Below are positions 26,360-40,249 of a stretch of DNA of 64,000 nt, piece by piece. Location of the stretch: positions 558,001-622,000 of the forward strand of contig CAVNZM010000011.1 in NCBI GenBank assembly GCA_963693365.1. Direction: 5' to 3'. Positions within the stretch are counted from its first letter, which is position 1. Every line of letters begins with the position of its first letter. The notes beneath the pieces were generated by a model. The model had not been told where the DNA came from. It searched no databases and saw nothing but the letters and a program-made list of their open reading frames with translations. This DNA comes from Amoebidium appalachense (taxonomy: Eukaryota; Protista; Ichthyosporea). A program made the position numbers and the translations under genes.

Positions 26360-26578
26360 CACACACACAGGCGCGCCCCCATGCACACGAGCATGCGAGC
26401 ACCTGCGCGCGGGCGCGGACTGCACTCGGGAGCATAATTAGACTCAGTGCACACACAGAAATTTACACACGACCACACACACCAGACGGCTCACGCGTAT
26501 TTGCACACACGTGCGCAGATGGAACGTGCACACAAACATTTTCACGTTTGAGCACCCACGCACACAGACCGACGTTGT

Positions 26579-26624
<46 letters not shown>

Positions 26625-27723
26625 CCAGCACCACCACCACCACCACCATTACCTTTACACCACCCACACGCCTTTATCGAGCACAACTACACTAGCATCA
26701 GACACGGCAAATATTATGAAATTGTGTTAGCCTAAACTATTCATTAAGCTCGATTCAATATCAGATTTTCAGCAACCTAGTATGCAACATTCGATGTGGA
26801 CAGCGCCTTATCACTCCCCACCTCTCACATGTCAATCCCTTCCACAGTGGAGACACCCACGGGTTCATTGCCCTCCACAAGCTCAGCAGCAGCACTAATG
26901 GGTTGCATCCGGTGGTGTCTGTGTGGAAGGCCCACGAGAGAGAGCCTGCAGCCACGTGCAGTGTGCGCACAGCAACAATGGTCACGGCCGGCAAGTACGA
27001 TGCAACCGTGAAGGTGTCGAGTCCCCCCCCCACCCCCTCTCCCCCAGCGCCCGTCTTTAGAATCCTTACATTATTTCCCCCCCTCCCTCCCCACCCTTCC
27101 CCTTTCCCCTGGGGAAGAGTTGCTGGGTAAACTGCAACATAAGCGGCTACTATGGCGTGTGCAAATACGCCTGCCAGCTTAGTAAGCTCCATATGCACAC
27201 GAACGTGGCACCACACGTGTTTCACGTGCACATGGTATTGGGTGGTTGATGCACATACATAAACGCACACATACGGACCAAGCAAGGAAAAAGAGGTTGG
27301 GGATGAGGAAAAAACGCAGTATAAGAGAGTTGAAAGTCATTACGACATGATCAGGACAGAAGCTTCCCACGATAGCCGAGGAAAAAAGGCAGTATAAGAG
27401 AGTTGAAAGTCATTACGACATGATCAGGACAGAAGCTTCCCACGATAGCCTGCTTCAAGCCTTCAACCTTAAAAAAATCGGATCTGCGCCGTTTAGTTTC
27501 CATTGGCCTACGCTTCTGGTCTCCTCTCTCACCCTTTGGGTGTGTAATTGTGAATATTGGAGGATTTGCATGTGTTGTCTGGTAATATCTGCGTACTGGC
27601 TATGTGTACTTTTTTTTTGGTGGGAGGGAGGGGGGTGGGGGGGGGGTGGGGATGGACAGCCGCCCGAGGGGAGAAGTGTTTGTGTGTGGTGGTGGTGGTG
27701 GTTTGTGTGTGTGTGTATGTGGT

Positions 27724-27760
<37 letters not shown>

Positions 27761-27776
27761 GGTGGGGAGGGGAAAG

Positions 27777-27815
<39 letters not shown>

Positions 27816-27981
27816 TGGCCAACTTGTGAGTGTACGTATGTGCACTAGTAGCCGAATTAGCATGCAAGCCAGACCGGGCAAGGAAGGCCTTGGGTGCTGG
27901 AGGAAGGGGAAGGGGGGGTAGGAAGGGACTGGGAGGCCGAGGGGAGCAGATGATGGGTTTAGGTTTGGGGGAGGAAGGGGG

Positions 27982-28023
<42 letters not shown>

Positions 28024-29590
28024 GCCAGACATGTGTGTGTATATCCTGTACGCGATGACTTGGAAGACTGGAGGGTGCAAGGGTGGCCAGCTGGGGGAAG
28101 GGGCATGGGCGAGGGGGGGGGGGGGGGGGGGGGGGGGGCAGGGGGGGCAGGGGGGGCATGTATGCGTCAACAGGCAGACATGCACACTACACTCACCCCC
28201 CCCTGCCTGTGGTGCACAGATCTGGGATCTGAACCGTGCCCCCAGGCAGACATCGGTTGCATGGCAGCCACTCAGCCAGTTCAATGGTAGGGCATTACAC
28301 CCCTCAGGAGCTCTCGAGCCCCCCCCCCCCCCTCCCCCCCCCCCCCCCCCCCCGCCCCTAAGTGCTCCCCCCCCCCCCCCCCCCCAACAACACCCCCCCC
28401 CCCCCCCCTCCCCTCCCCCCGTCTCCCCAGCTCGTCTCCCCCCTACCCCATCCCCCCCTCCCCTCCCCCCACCCCCACCCCTGCTCAACAACAACAATCA
28501 AGAAAGAGAAAGGGAGAACTTCGAAGGCCCGTAGAAGACGAAGGGACAATACACATTCCTCGAGCTCACCATTGAATTTGCCTTTACTGTCGCTTTCCAA
28601 CCCTACTCCTCCATCCATTTAAATCAGGCTTTTCTCGGCCAGTCCCCCCCCCCCCCCAAAACCCCCCCCCCTTCCCCCCCAACTCCTCAATGGCAGCGCG
28701 CTCATCTCCTTTATATTTTTACAACCCCCCCAGGGCACAGGACGTTCATCAGCACATGCACACAGTGCCCTTTGACTGGCCTGGTTGCCTCCTGCTCAAT
28801 CGACGGCCTGACACACATCCACGACCCCCTCCAGCCTGCAACCCCCGTCAGCACCATTGCACCAAGCAGCAAGACACCCTGCACATCTGTTTCGTTTCTC
28901 GCGGGTGCACAAACACGTGTGGTCATGGTGTGTGGTGACAGTGTGTGTGTCTACGATACACGAAACCCTACAAAGCCAACCAACCAATTCGGGAATGTGG
29001 CCCTGCAAAACAAGAAATTTTCGCGTAGTGCATTGACGAAAGAAAATCGAGTGAGGGGACCGATTGGCAAAACACGGGGGCTGAAAGCACTCTCGGGCGC
29101 CGCTTTGGCAAAGGTGGTTAAGACCACAAGGCCATACTATGACAAAACAACAAAGTGCTACCGCAGTGCAGAGCAACCCCACACAGAGAACTGTGTCATC
29201 CACCACGCCATTCCAAGCATAGACGGGCACAAGATCCTCACAGCCGCCAGCGACAACAAAATCAAACTGTGGGACCTTAGAACAGAAAGTGTGCTTGCTA
29301 CGTTCACTGGGGCCGAAATTACAGCTCAAAAACCCCCCGTGCTTCTGCACCACGAGCAGGGCACTATACATGTGGACAGCAAAAATGTGCTGCGTGGGTG
29401 GGTGATCTGGGGGGACCACGTCATGCCCCGTGGGCCTATGGAGAGTGGTGGGGAGGGGAGGGGTTGCAATGGGCTCTTTGGCAGGCAGGTGTTGAGAGAA
29501 AAGACATACCACAATGTGGTGAGCAAGCATGGGGATGTGTTGGTGGGCCTAAAGCTGGGGGGGGATCTGTGTGTGTTGTCTGCATCGTAA
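25424..29590 (+). CDS. WD40-repeat protein, possibly a divergent CDT2/DTL-like DCAF
   Basis: Exons 25424-25617, 26848-27013, 28220-28286 and 28734-29590 join in frame: YFPLKRL...LVSSGDTHGFIALH...VWKAH...MVTAGKYDATVKIWD...FNGH...LVASCSIDG...VYDTR...ILTAASDNKIKLWDLR. The WD repeats are clear. Motif order recalls DTL (YPL..L, LAVANEEGFVRLY, WMAH, LVTAAGDQTAKFWD, KGH), but orthology is unproven. Confidence 0.8.
27305..27450 (+). repeat. 73-bp tandem duplication (2 copies) in an intron
   Basis: GAGGAAAAAA(C/G)GCAGTATAAGAGAG...CCCACGATAGCC at 27305 and 27378. Confidence 0.92.
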
Positions 29591-29883
29591 ATATATCCAA
29601 ATTGTAGCTTTCGTTTGACTAGGGGGAGAGCAAGGTTTACTCGTTAGTATGTTTTCTAATAATAGCAAGAATAGGAGACAGCCACAGCCATTAATTGGTC
29701 GATTGTGGTGGGTGTGGTGCAGAGACCTTGTGTTTTGTCCATGCAGGTCCATGGGTGTTGTGTGCCACATGATGCATTTTGACTTGTCAATGACATGTGA
29801 CTACGGTACATCATAATGGTACATGTATGTGCAAGGTGCAGGCCCTCGGTGTCCCGATGATGATGATGTTGGTTTCATCCCCC

Positions 29884-29914
<31 letters not shown>

Positions 29915-30961
29915 AAAAAAGGAAAAGAAAAGAAAGGAGGCTCTAGAGCCCACCCCCCATCCCCCCCTCCCCCCCTCCCCCTCCGCCTTCTCCCCCTCTC
30001 TTCCTCTTCCCCCCCTCACCCACCCACCGGCACCCACCCGGCCCACCCACCCTCTCCCTCAGCGCCTGGTCAGACCAGGAGCTGTAACAGTTCACGTTGA
30101 CAATGCATCCATAGGATTCTGCCCATTGCTAGAGGGTATCAGACAGCAGTCTTACACGCTGTCCTGGAGAATACATTGCCTGTGCATGCAGCCCCGGCCC
30201 GCCACCCCACATATGCACCGTCAGAACTTACGTGCAGTTCCCGTCTACCATGGTCACCCCCTACCCCTTCCCCCTCCCCCCCTCCCCCCCCCTTTCCACA
30301 AAGGGACCTGCCTCGGACCCCCCACTTTCCGGATTTCACCTTCGGAATCCTCTCCTGCCAGTCAGACTGCCAGTCAGACCAGTAACACTAAATAACATGC
30401 ACTTATTGCGGTTTGGGTGAAGTGATCTCCCTATACCCAGGGCTTCTGTCGTATGATCAATCATTCGAACAATCGAAGCTGCTTCGTCAGACAAGACATC
30501 CCCCTTTCCTATCCACTACCCAAATATGCAATGCAACATCATCTTGCATCGAAACGGTATACCTGGGTCCCCCCTCCCCCCCATCCGGCCGCAGCCTAAT
30601 AAACTGAACCTTCACACCCTAGGCGCTGGTGTGATCGTACACGCTTCATGAGGGCCCCCCACTTAGCCTGTCCATATGGGGGCATTTGGATGCACACACT
30701 TCTGAACAACCCACGTACAGCCACTCTCTTGGAATTCTTTTATTGGAATTCTTTTATTCTGTGAAAAGAATGTAACTTGATACAAGTTTGGTGAGATATA
30801 TACATCATATCATCATAGTTGCACTTGCCCACACAAACATATTTTTTAAGAACGACTTAGCCTTTACATCAGGGTTATAAAACCAGCTGCAAGGGGCTAC
30901 AATACCAGCCACAAGGGGCTACCATACTAGCCACTAGGGGCACCTAACTATATGACGCAAC

Positions 30962-31496
30962 CTATCGTGAGCCGTGCTTGCGGAACCTGAGGGCCAGATA
31001 TGAGAGGGTGAACCATGCCACCATCAGGCCCACCAGCACCACCATGTTGGCCCACAGATAGTTCAGCCCCGAGGCCGGGCCAAAGCCCCAGGCTGCCAGC
31101 ACCTGGTCGTTTGTGGCCACGCTGCAGGCACTGCCCTGGCACAGCATGAAGCCGTCCGTCTGGCCGGGGGGCCACTGGTTCATGGCCTGCGAGTTGAAGC
31201 TGTAGTTGAGCCACGACAGATAGTACATCCAGATCCAGTAGTCGGGGATCGACGGCTTCTGGATGTCTGTGCACACACGTGTCAGTGTGCCATGGTGGGT
31301 GCACGGCCATACATGTGTGTGTGCCGATCTGGTGAGGTTGGGCAGCCATAGGGGCTTTGAGGGTAATGAGTTTGGTCTAAGCCAGGTGGGTTGGGGTGAG
31401 GAGCGACGAGGAGCATTCATATAAGAGAGAGGTTAGGGAGGATGTTTGTTTTCTTTTGAGGGGGGATTCGGGGAGGAGGGGGGGAGGTGGGTGGGT

Positions 31497-31547
<51 letters not shown>

Positions 31548-34330
31548 GGTAAGAAGGAGGCATGGGGAGGGATGGGGGCCACGTACAGAAGCCGGCGAAG
31601 AGGAAGGAGGTGATAAGCACGGGGAACATCATGGCCGATGCAGCCTCGTGGTCCGGCGCCAGGAACGCAAACGTCTGCACACACACACACCGTCAGAGCC
31701 TGCACACACCCTACCCACACGGTCTCCGTGACCCCCCCCCCCGCCCCCCCCCCCCCCCCCCTCCCCCCTGTGGGCACAGGCAGACGTACCGAGGCCATGC
31801 CAAAGCCCACGAGGTCCGTGAGCAGCAGGATGCAGTAGTAGATGATGCCGGCTGCCACGTTGGCCCGCAGCCCCACAGACGGATACACCGTGATGGTCCA
31901 CAGCAGCCCCTGTGCACACCCATGAGCAAGAGCATATGCAGCGCGATGCAGTGGACATTGACCACTTACTACCACCTGGCCCTGCAGACACACCCACCCG
32001 ACACCCAACCCCTACCACGATGAAACTAACCCATCCCCACACATGCCTCTTAGGTCTCCCCAACACTGCACGTGCAACCCCCACGCAGCCATGCACCCAG
32101 CACCCACCTTAGCCATCTCGACCGGTAGCTCGGCCAGGATCACGGCACAGAAGTACGGCAACACCTGCCCCACCCCGTTAGCATCACCCCTGCCTGTTTG
32201 CTGTCCCCCCGGCCCTTCCCCCTCTCCCCCCCCACCCCTCCCTTACCCTGCCCCACCCACCTGGTATGCCGAGGCGTTGCGCTCTCTGGTGAAGAAAAGA
32301 CGCTGGTGCAGCACTGTGCATCCACCCACGTCAGAGTGCATTACATCCCATGCTCCCATTCATCCCCCCCACTCCCCTCTCCCTCACACCCCAAACACGC
32401 ACACAGTGGCCCTGTCGTAGCCAGGCATCTCATCCTTTTTCACCAGAGCCGGATCCCAGGGCACAGGCCCCCTATGCAACCACAGTTCAGCCCCCAGGGT
32501 GCAAGGGGTGGTGTGTGCATTCCTGTGCATCGCACAACCCATATCCCACCTCAACCCTGCAGCAAAACATACAACATCCAGTGACTCTTTGCTCCCATCC
32601 CCCCCCCCCATTGCTCCATGTTCCTCGTGAAAGCACAGCAGCAAATGGACGTGGACAAGGTGGGCTGGAGCTGGGGGTGGGGGGGAGGAAACATACGGCC
32701 TGGAATCTGCCCAAGAGAGCCGAAGCCGAAGGTCATAGCGCCAAAGTTGATAACCGACACAATGTTGAGCACGGCAGACGGGTCAGAGGCAACCTGGCTG
32801 TGGAACACCGTGCACACCAGGAACAGCATGATCGCTGCAGGGGGTATCAGTGAGGAGTGTGGAACACCGTGCACAACTGGAACAGCACGTGCAAGGAACG
32901 AAGAGCATTGTGCACCACAAACAACATACTTGGAACAGCACGTGCAAGGAACGAAGAGCATTGTGCACCACAAACAACATAACTGCTGCGGCAGTGGCAG
33001 CCAAGGGCACGTACTGACTTGGGCGAAGCGAGACAGCCAGTAGCTGGTGTCCCTCTTGCGCATTGCAAACTGCCTGCGCAGTAGCACGTAGAAGGCCCAC
33101 ATGCGCGGGTTGAGGAACTGGGGCTGCTCACCGTCCAGGATTTGTTTCTGTGCGCATGGGGGTGAGTGAGCGCATGTAGGTGGATATGTGTGCCATCAGG
33201 GACATGCAGGCCGAAAGAGCATTGCCAAGAGCATATGACCCACTCCAGCAAAATGGACAGGAGACTGCAGTTAGGTTGTTCTTATGTGCCTTGCTACGTG
33301 ACCAATTGCACCACCATCTACATGCAAGGCAAACCAGACATATGCCCTTACCGTCCTGCGCAGCTCCATGAAGTGGGCCTTGTGGGCTGCTGTGGACTGG
33401 CTGCGGTCGGATGCCAGCTCGGACTTGAGGTACTGCCCACCCCAATGTCAATGGCCGGCCACCCTCACGTGTTTTCCCACATGAGCTCCACGCCCTATCC
33501 GAACCTCCCCCCCCCCCCCCCCTCCCCCCTCCCAGCCCCCCTTCCCCTCGCCTCCCCCCAAACAAACACACACAACCACATACCAGCTTCAAAGCCCCCA
33601 CCCCCTCTACTCCTATCATTTCATTTCGGCAAACTCCCCCTTCCCCTCCAACACACACTAGCGAGGGGGGTGGGGGTGGGGGTGGGGGGGAATGCAGAAC
33701 ACGGTACGAAGTACATCTCCGGGGAGAAGGGGGAAAGGAAGAGGGGAGGGGGGGGAGGAGGATTCCAAGTCCTCATCTAGAGAATTTGATCCTTATCACT
33801 CCGTCGCTAAACACATACACACTCCACCCGACCACCCAAAACACCCAACCCATCAACCACGACCTCGCCAAACCCCCCTCCCTCCCTCCCCTCCCCCTCC
33901 CTCACCTCCCTCCCCTCCCGTGGCCCCACTCCCACACACCCACCCACACCTTACTCCCCCCTGGCCCCAAAACAAGCAACAAACAAAAAGAAAAAAGAAA
34001 ACAAATCTAACATCAAAAAACCAACCCCCCCCCCCCCCACCTGCTCGATGAAGTAGTTCTTGTTGACGTCTGGGCCCTCCACCATCTTCTCCCCCTGCCC
34101 CGTGCCACCCCCCGTCACGGCAACTGCACCCCCCCCAGCAGTCAGCACATGCAACAGCCACGGTTTCTGCATACACAGGCACCAGCAAGCAGGCAAGGTG
34201 GGACCACAGTGCAGAGCAAATCTAGGTGGCGGTCGGGTGATTCCTGGCCGTTCTTTTTTTTTTTGGGGGAGTTTTGCACGGGCAGGAGGGGGAGGGTGGG
34301 TGGGTGGTGGTGGTGGTTGTGTGTGTGTGT

Positions 34331-34379
<49 letters not shown>

Positions 34380-34929
34380 TGAGGCACGTACTAAGGAAGT
34401 CGGCGGGGTTCATGATCTTGGGGCGCACAAAGCCCATGTTCTCGAAGTGGCCCACGGCCTTTGAGGCGTCACCAAGGTACACCACATTGCCGTCCACAAG
34501 CAGCAGCAGCCTGCATCCGCGCCCCCTTAGCACCTGCATCCCCCCGTGTACGTGCCCCCCCCCCTCCCCCCCTATGCACGTGCCCCCCCCCCCCCCCCCC
34601 CCACTTCCCCCCTTTTGTGCCCTCTCTGCAACCCCATCCCCACCCGACCAACCACTCCTCTGATAACCCAGCATGCAGGTACGAGACACACACTTCAATT
34701 GCATTTATACATGGGTTCAAGACACTGATGGCACTGTCTAATGGCCTTTCAGGAGGGGCCCCTAAGATATTGATGGGGAAAAAACGGATTCGGCTTGTTT
34801 TGGTTGATAGAGGCGGTGTGTTTGGCTGTGATCAATACCGGGATATAATTACGTGACTGGGGCGGTGAATTGGTGGGAATTGGGTGGGCGGGTAGGTGGG
34901 TGGGGTTTGAGGTTTGGGTTGCGTTGGGG

Positions 34930-34968
<39 letters not shown>

Positions 34969-35208
34969 GGAGAGAGAGAGAGAGAGTCTTCATGATGCAG
35001 AAGGAGGCACCAAGAGCATGTGGTGTGTGCAGGTGTTCATACTTGTCAAAGAGCTTGAAGACATCGCTGGAGGGCTGGTGGATGGTGCAGATGGTCGTGC
35101 GCCCACGGTTGGTGATGTCCCTCATGACTGTCATCACCTCAAGCGCAGTCGTGCTGCAGCACACACATGTTAGCACACAGCCACGGTGCAAATCAGCGAA
35201 TGGCAGGG

Positions 35209-35278
<70 letters not shown>

Positions 35279-36084
35279 GGAGGGGGGAGGGAGGGGGGGA
35301 GGGGCGGGAGGGGGGGCAAACGGGGGCACTGGGTTTATTACCTGTCCAGGCCGGTGGTAGGCTCGTCCAAGAACAGCACACCTGTGTGGATGGTTGGTTA
35401 GGTGCTTGTGCAGCCACACAGTACGAATATGGAGAAGAGAGAGAGTCACACACACACACACACACACGGGATAGCAGGGGGAGACCGACACATAACGCTA
35501 AATGGCCTACTGCTAATTGTGGCGGCTACGAGAGGATCAACAAACCTACAGAGAGTGAATGGGAGGGATGTGGGTTTCACTTCACAAGAAGTCGCCAAGA
35601 AAATGCCAGGGAACCTCTCCCAAAGCAGATACAGGCAACTGATAGAGGGGGACAGATCACACCCAAGACATCATACCGGTCAGGGAATGGGAGGGGGGCA
35701 GGGGGGATTGTGTGTGTGTGTTTGTGTGTGTGTGGGAGGGGGGGGGGGGGGGGGGGGGGGGGGAGGGGGGAAGATGAGTACGGGGGTCCGTTGTGTGTGC
35801 GAAGGGGGGGGGGGGGGGGGATGAGTACGGGGGTCAGTAAGCAGCTCTATGCCGATGTTGACGCGCTTGGCCTGGCCACCGCTGATGCCCCTGTGCACCT
35901 CGTTGCCAATCATCGTGTCGGCACATGTTTCCAGCCCCAGCTCGCTAATCACCTGCACGTATAAGAGGGGAGTAAGTGTGGGCCCCAAGCAGGGTGGTTA
36001 GGGTTGACCGTGGGCACGGCAATAATATCTGAACTCATTAAAGGCCATTCGGGCAAGGCCCAGCTGCCTCGTGCGGGGCCTGGG

Positions 36085-36116
<32 letters not shown>

Positions 36117-36806
36117 TGGGGGGAAGCAGACTTTCTTGTGGCTAAAGCATGCTAGAAAACACATACAAATCAAACAAAATGACCGAGTATATTGCAGAGG
36201 GCTCGATTGGCCGGGTAAACCATGCAGGCACGGAGTGGGTGGGTGATGGTGGTTTGAGGGGGGGGGGGGTGGTCTGGGGCGACGTGGGGAGAGGGGGGGG
36301 GGGGACGGGGGCACCGACCTGCTTCACACGGGCGTCGATGTATGCAGCCGAGACCGAGCTAGGAAGGCGGATCAGTGCCGAGTAGTAGAACAGCTCCCTG
36401 GGGGTCAGCGTGGCTATCAGGGTGTCTCTTTGCTCCACGTAGCCAATCACGCGCTTGTACGAGGCATTGGGCTCCTTGCCGTTGATCAGCAGCTCGCCCT
36501 CTATCGTGCCCGTGGACTTGCGCTTGGACAGAACGTCCAGAAGCGTCGACTTGCCCGCACCAGACGGTCCCATCAGCGCCGTCATAGTGTTGGGCTGCGT
36601 GTGTTGGGGTAAGTGTTTGGGTGCCGGGGAAAGGGGTAAAAGAGGGACAATCACAGGCACGAATCCAGGGTGGGGGTACAAATGATAACAAGAGGAGGGT
36701 GCTTGGTCCGAGTTTTCTTAAGCAAAAAAGAACACCTCTTTTCAACTAAGGCCGGACGGGGGGGAAGGGGGGGGGGGGGGGGAGAGGAATGCATGTCTGT
36801 GTGTGT

Positions 36807-36837
<31 letters not shown>

Positions 36838-37609
36838 GGGTGGGGGGGGAGGAGGGGGGGAAGTTGGGGGAGGTAAAACTACGGATACCTTTATTGTGCC
36901 CGTCACGTTGGTCAGCAGGTACTTGTCGAACACTTCATCCTTGGGTATGCCGTCCAGAGATATGCCCTTGAACTTCTCCCATGCTGACCTCTTGTGCACG
37001 GGCACGGGTACGCTGTATGAAAGAGCATCGAACTGCAAGGGAGAATTAGTGGAACAGACGACGACAAAGGAGGTCGGAGATGAGGATAGAGGACTGGCTG
37101 ATCGCGCAACACGAGCAGGAACAAGCACAACGTTCTTACAGTGAGTTGTTGGCTACACAAACAGCTACACGGCACACGCCCTCTATGCACCATCCAGGCT
37201 ACAAGGCACAAGAGGTCAAAGAGATGAGACATTATGGAGGGCAACGGAGGACTTGGAGCGCTTGCGTTTAGTAGGGAAAAGAGGTTGGTGTGTGGATTTG
37301 TCGGCAGCGAAACTATGAGTTTTAAAAAGTAATAAATAAGCACGAGAAAAAAGCCTCACTCTGTGTCATTCTGTTTCCGTTTACCAGTGCAACCACAAAA
37401 AACTCCGCCCCTCTTCGTAAGCCCGTCACTTTGAGAGAGACTCCACACCTATCCCATAATAGTGCAACTCTGCCCACCCGGCCCTTACAATTATACACCC
37501 AGCCGACTGTGTAGTGCCTTCACGCCCTACCCACCGTAATAGTGACTGGGCCGTCCGCGTTTAGATCCACAGCCGTGTCCAGATGGCTGCGGTCGTCGTC
37601 GGTGGCCAT
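30962..37609 (-). CDS. ABCG-family (White-like) half transporter, NBD-TMD, copy A
   Basis: Multi-exon gene starting [25 protein letters not shown]|FDALSYSV. Walker [10 protein letters not shown] (~36550), signature [12 protein letters not shown] (~35870), Walker [14 protein letters not shown]-loop TIHQPSS, NPADFL, ABC2-type TMD with [13 protein letters not shown], ending RFRKHGSR* at 30962. Confidence 0.92.
32878..32981. repeat. 53-bp tandem duplication in an ABCG-A intron
   Basis: TGGAACAGCACGTGCAAGGAACGAAGAGCATTGTGCACCACAAACAACATA at 32878 and 32931. Confidence 0.9.
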
Positions 37610-39070
37610 GCTGCCTGTAGAGTGTGGTGCCAACTGGAAGGGGAGTCAGAAGGTGTGAGTAGATGGGTACGTTGTTGTGTTGTTGTTGTTGGGTGGGTGG
37701 GTGGGTGGTGGTGGTGGTGGTGGTGGTGGTGGTGGTGGTGGTGGGGTGGGGGGTGGGGGGGGGGGGGGGGGGAGGGGGGGGGGGGGGGGGGGAGGAAAGG
37801 AAAAAAGGTGGCGGTATGGCCCACAAGCAGTTAGCCATAGAAGGCTAATAGAGAGCGGGCATGTTGATAGGTCAACTAGTTTATCAAGGGCCATATGCGG
37901 TGTTTGTTTTACACTAATACGTGCTCGTGCGCCTTCTCAACCCTGTTCCTTCACTCGCCCCCAACACACCACCCAAGAAAAACGCCAAACGACGTGATGT
38001 ATGCTCACCTCTTCTATATCTGTCTTTGTATTCGAGCCCTTTGGGCTTTACACCTTCTACTTTCCTTTCCCCACTTCCCAACTTCGGGTCTCACTACAAC
38101 TGGCTTCCTTTTGGCCACCGTCAGTGGTGTGTTCTTGCCGCTCGAGTAAAAAATTCCCAGGGTTCATGGGTAAGGAATTTGGGCGGGAAGCTCAAAACTC
38201 CTTATTTGGACACATGTATATTCCAATTGGCTAAAGATACGGTAAAACATGTGCGTGATTAATTTTCATTATCAGTTGAGTCTATTGACTATCTGTTAAA
38301 CCACCGTATGTTAAATGAGTTTTCTAGGGTGTATAATTATTTTTTTCTTATGATTATTATTTGAGTCGTTATCTCCTCCGTATCCGTTAGTAGGGGTTTT
38401 TGTATTTTCTTCTCTGAGATATCTGTGATATCTCCGGCTTGCTTCTCTTTCATGAGCATATCAATAAAGCCATTATAAAAGAAAATTTATCATCAGGTGC
38501 ACGTGAGGACCAGACTGATGCGTTGGCCTCTACACAATTCCTTTGCTGCAACAGAGGGTATAAAACTTGTTCCTATTGCTAAGTAGCATATATAGAACTA
38601 ATTGTTAATGAATACGGGCTCTAGTCAAGCAGGAAACTGATGTTTTGTTTTTAACGGGGCACATTATCATCAATGGGGCGTATGACTACGGGCCAGATTC
38701 CTTCGCCACGAATTCTGTTCAGAAGCCAATCGGTGCAGCGCGATTTTAAACAGTTGTTGCCGATAACACACTGACCAATGATAGTAAATCTTCGATAGCT
38801 CGCCGAACAGCCAATCAAGTTATTTTTTGCGGGTAACAAACTTCACAACTTCGTTCCAACCCCGCCGGACCGCAAGTGTGCGCTTGTGCTGTGCACTTGT
38901 AAAACCTCAGTGTTCCTCTTTTTTACACCTGAATCCCCTCCTGGGCGTGCTACGTATAAACGCTTTTTTCACTGACGCGCAACAGGTTAGAATAAGCCTC
39001 CTGCTTCTTTGTGTAGAAGTAGTCGCCAACCTTCATCTCCTATTAGCAGTCAGTGTTCCCAGCAGCGAGG
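37610..39070. promoter_or_regulatory. Putative bidirectional promoter region between the two ABCG genes
   Basis: About 1.46 kb between divergent start codons, with an AT-rich, microsatellite-free core and three CCAAT motifs (~38725, ~38775, ~38812). Confidence 0.55.
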
Positions 39071-40208
39071 ATGAGTGCGGTTGCGCCCGACTACGAGATG
39101 ACCCCCGCTGGGCCTGACAGTGCGGTAAGCAAACCCGCTGAGGTTGCTGTGGCCTGGGTCGTGTCAATGCAGTGTCAGAAGATACAACTGCGGTTTAGTC
39201 AGCACACGAGGTGGTATTTTCACTAGTGAACAAAGTGAGTGCACGGATGAATTCTCTATGTTTTCTTGATGCAGAATGCTTGACGTCGACCATGTAAACA
39301 ATAATGTGCGCGCTGCCCCTAGATTCTTCACCGGGTAACCAAAGGCAGGGATTGTTTTATGTGCTGGCGCTAATGCAAAGCTCTATGCAACCAGCAGGAC
39401 AGAAGAGTGCGCTTCGACCCAGATGCAGCTCCTGAGGATGGCGATGAAGGCAAAGACACTCTGGTAGGTAAATTAATTAAAATATTGGACAAGATCAATG
39501 CACTCTCCTTTTTATGTCGTGTCTACCTGGAAGAGCTTTTTGTTTGGAAAATATTCCTAACAGGACCTGGGCGACGTTAAGTGCTTCGCTGGGGCTCTTT
39601 TATATAAATGCACTCTCCTTTTTATGTCGTGTCTACCTGGAAGAGCTTTTTGTTTGGAAAATATTCCTAACAGGACCTGGGCGACGTTAAGTGCTTCGCT
39701 GGGGCTCATATATATATATGTAGGCATGAAAAGAGAAACCTCATGACACACGTAAGCGCGCTGGGACAGCAGGTGGCATAAGCTCTCCGACGTATGTCCT
39801 GTCGGCCTGTGTGGTGGTTAGTTAGCCACACATAGCATTTCTTGGTTTGCCATGTTAATTTCACACTCACCGAGCTCCCACACAGCCCAAGTCAGGGGTT
39901 GACATGAAGGTCAGCATCACCTTTGAGGACCTCTCGTATGGTGTGTACGAGGGCAAGGGAAAAAAGAACGTTAAGTGGCTGCTCAAGGTATGCCACCCTG
40001 TGTTCTGGTTTTGCTTTGTCGGCACACTATGGTGGTGAACTGACTGAAGCCAGCCCTCACCTCCACCCCTCCCCCCCTCCTCCACCCTCCTCATCCTCTC
40101 CCTCCTTCTTTCTCGCTATCTGGCCGTTTCAAGGTCTGCTTTTCAGCTCCACTTCTTCTCACTGGAACCCCAAACTGCCACAAACCCACATGTTTTGCCC
40201 TCACCCAG

Positions 40209-40249
<41 letters not shown>

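Noticed and set aside
25879-28534. Poly-Pro/poly-Gly ORFs resembling formin, extensin or collagen-like proteins
   Set aside because: They derive from intronic poly-C/poly-G runs inside the WD40 gene.
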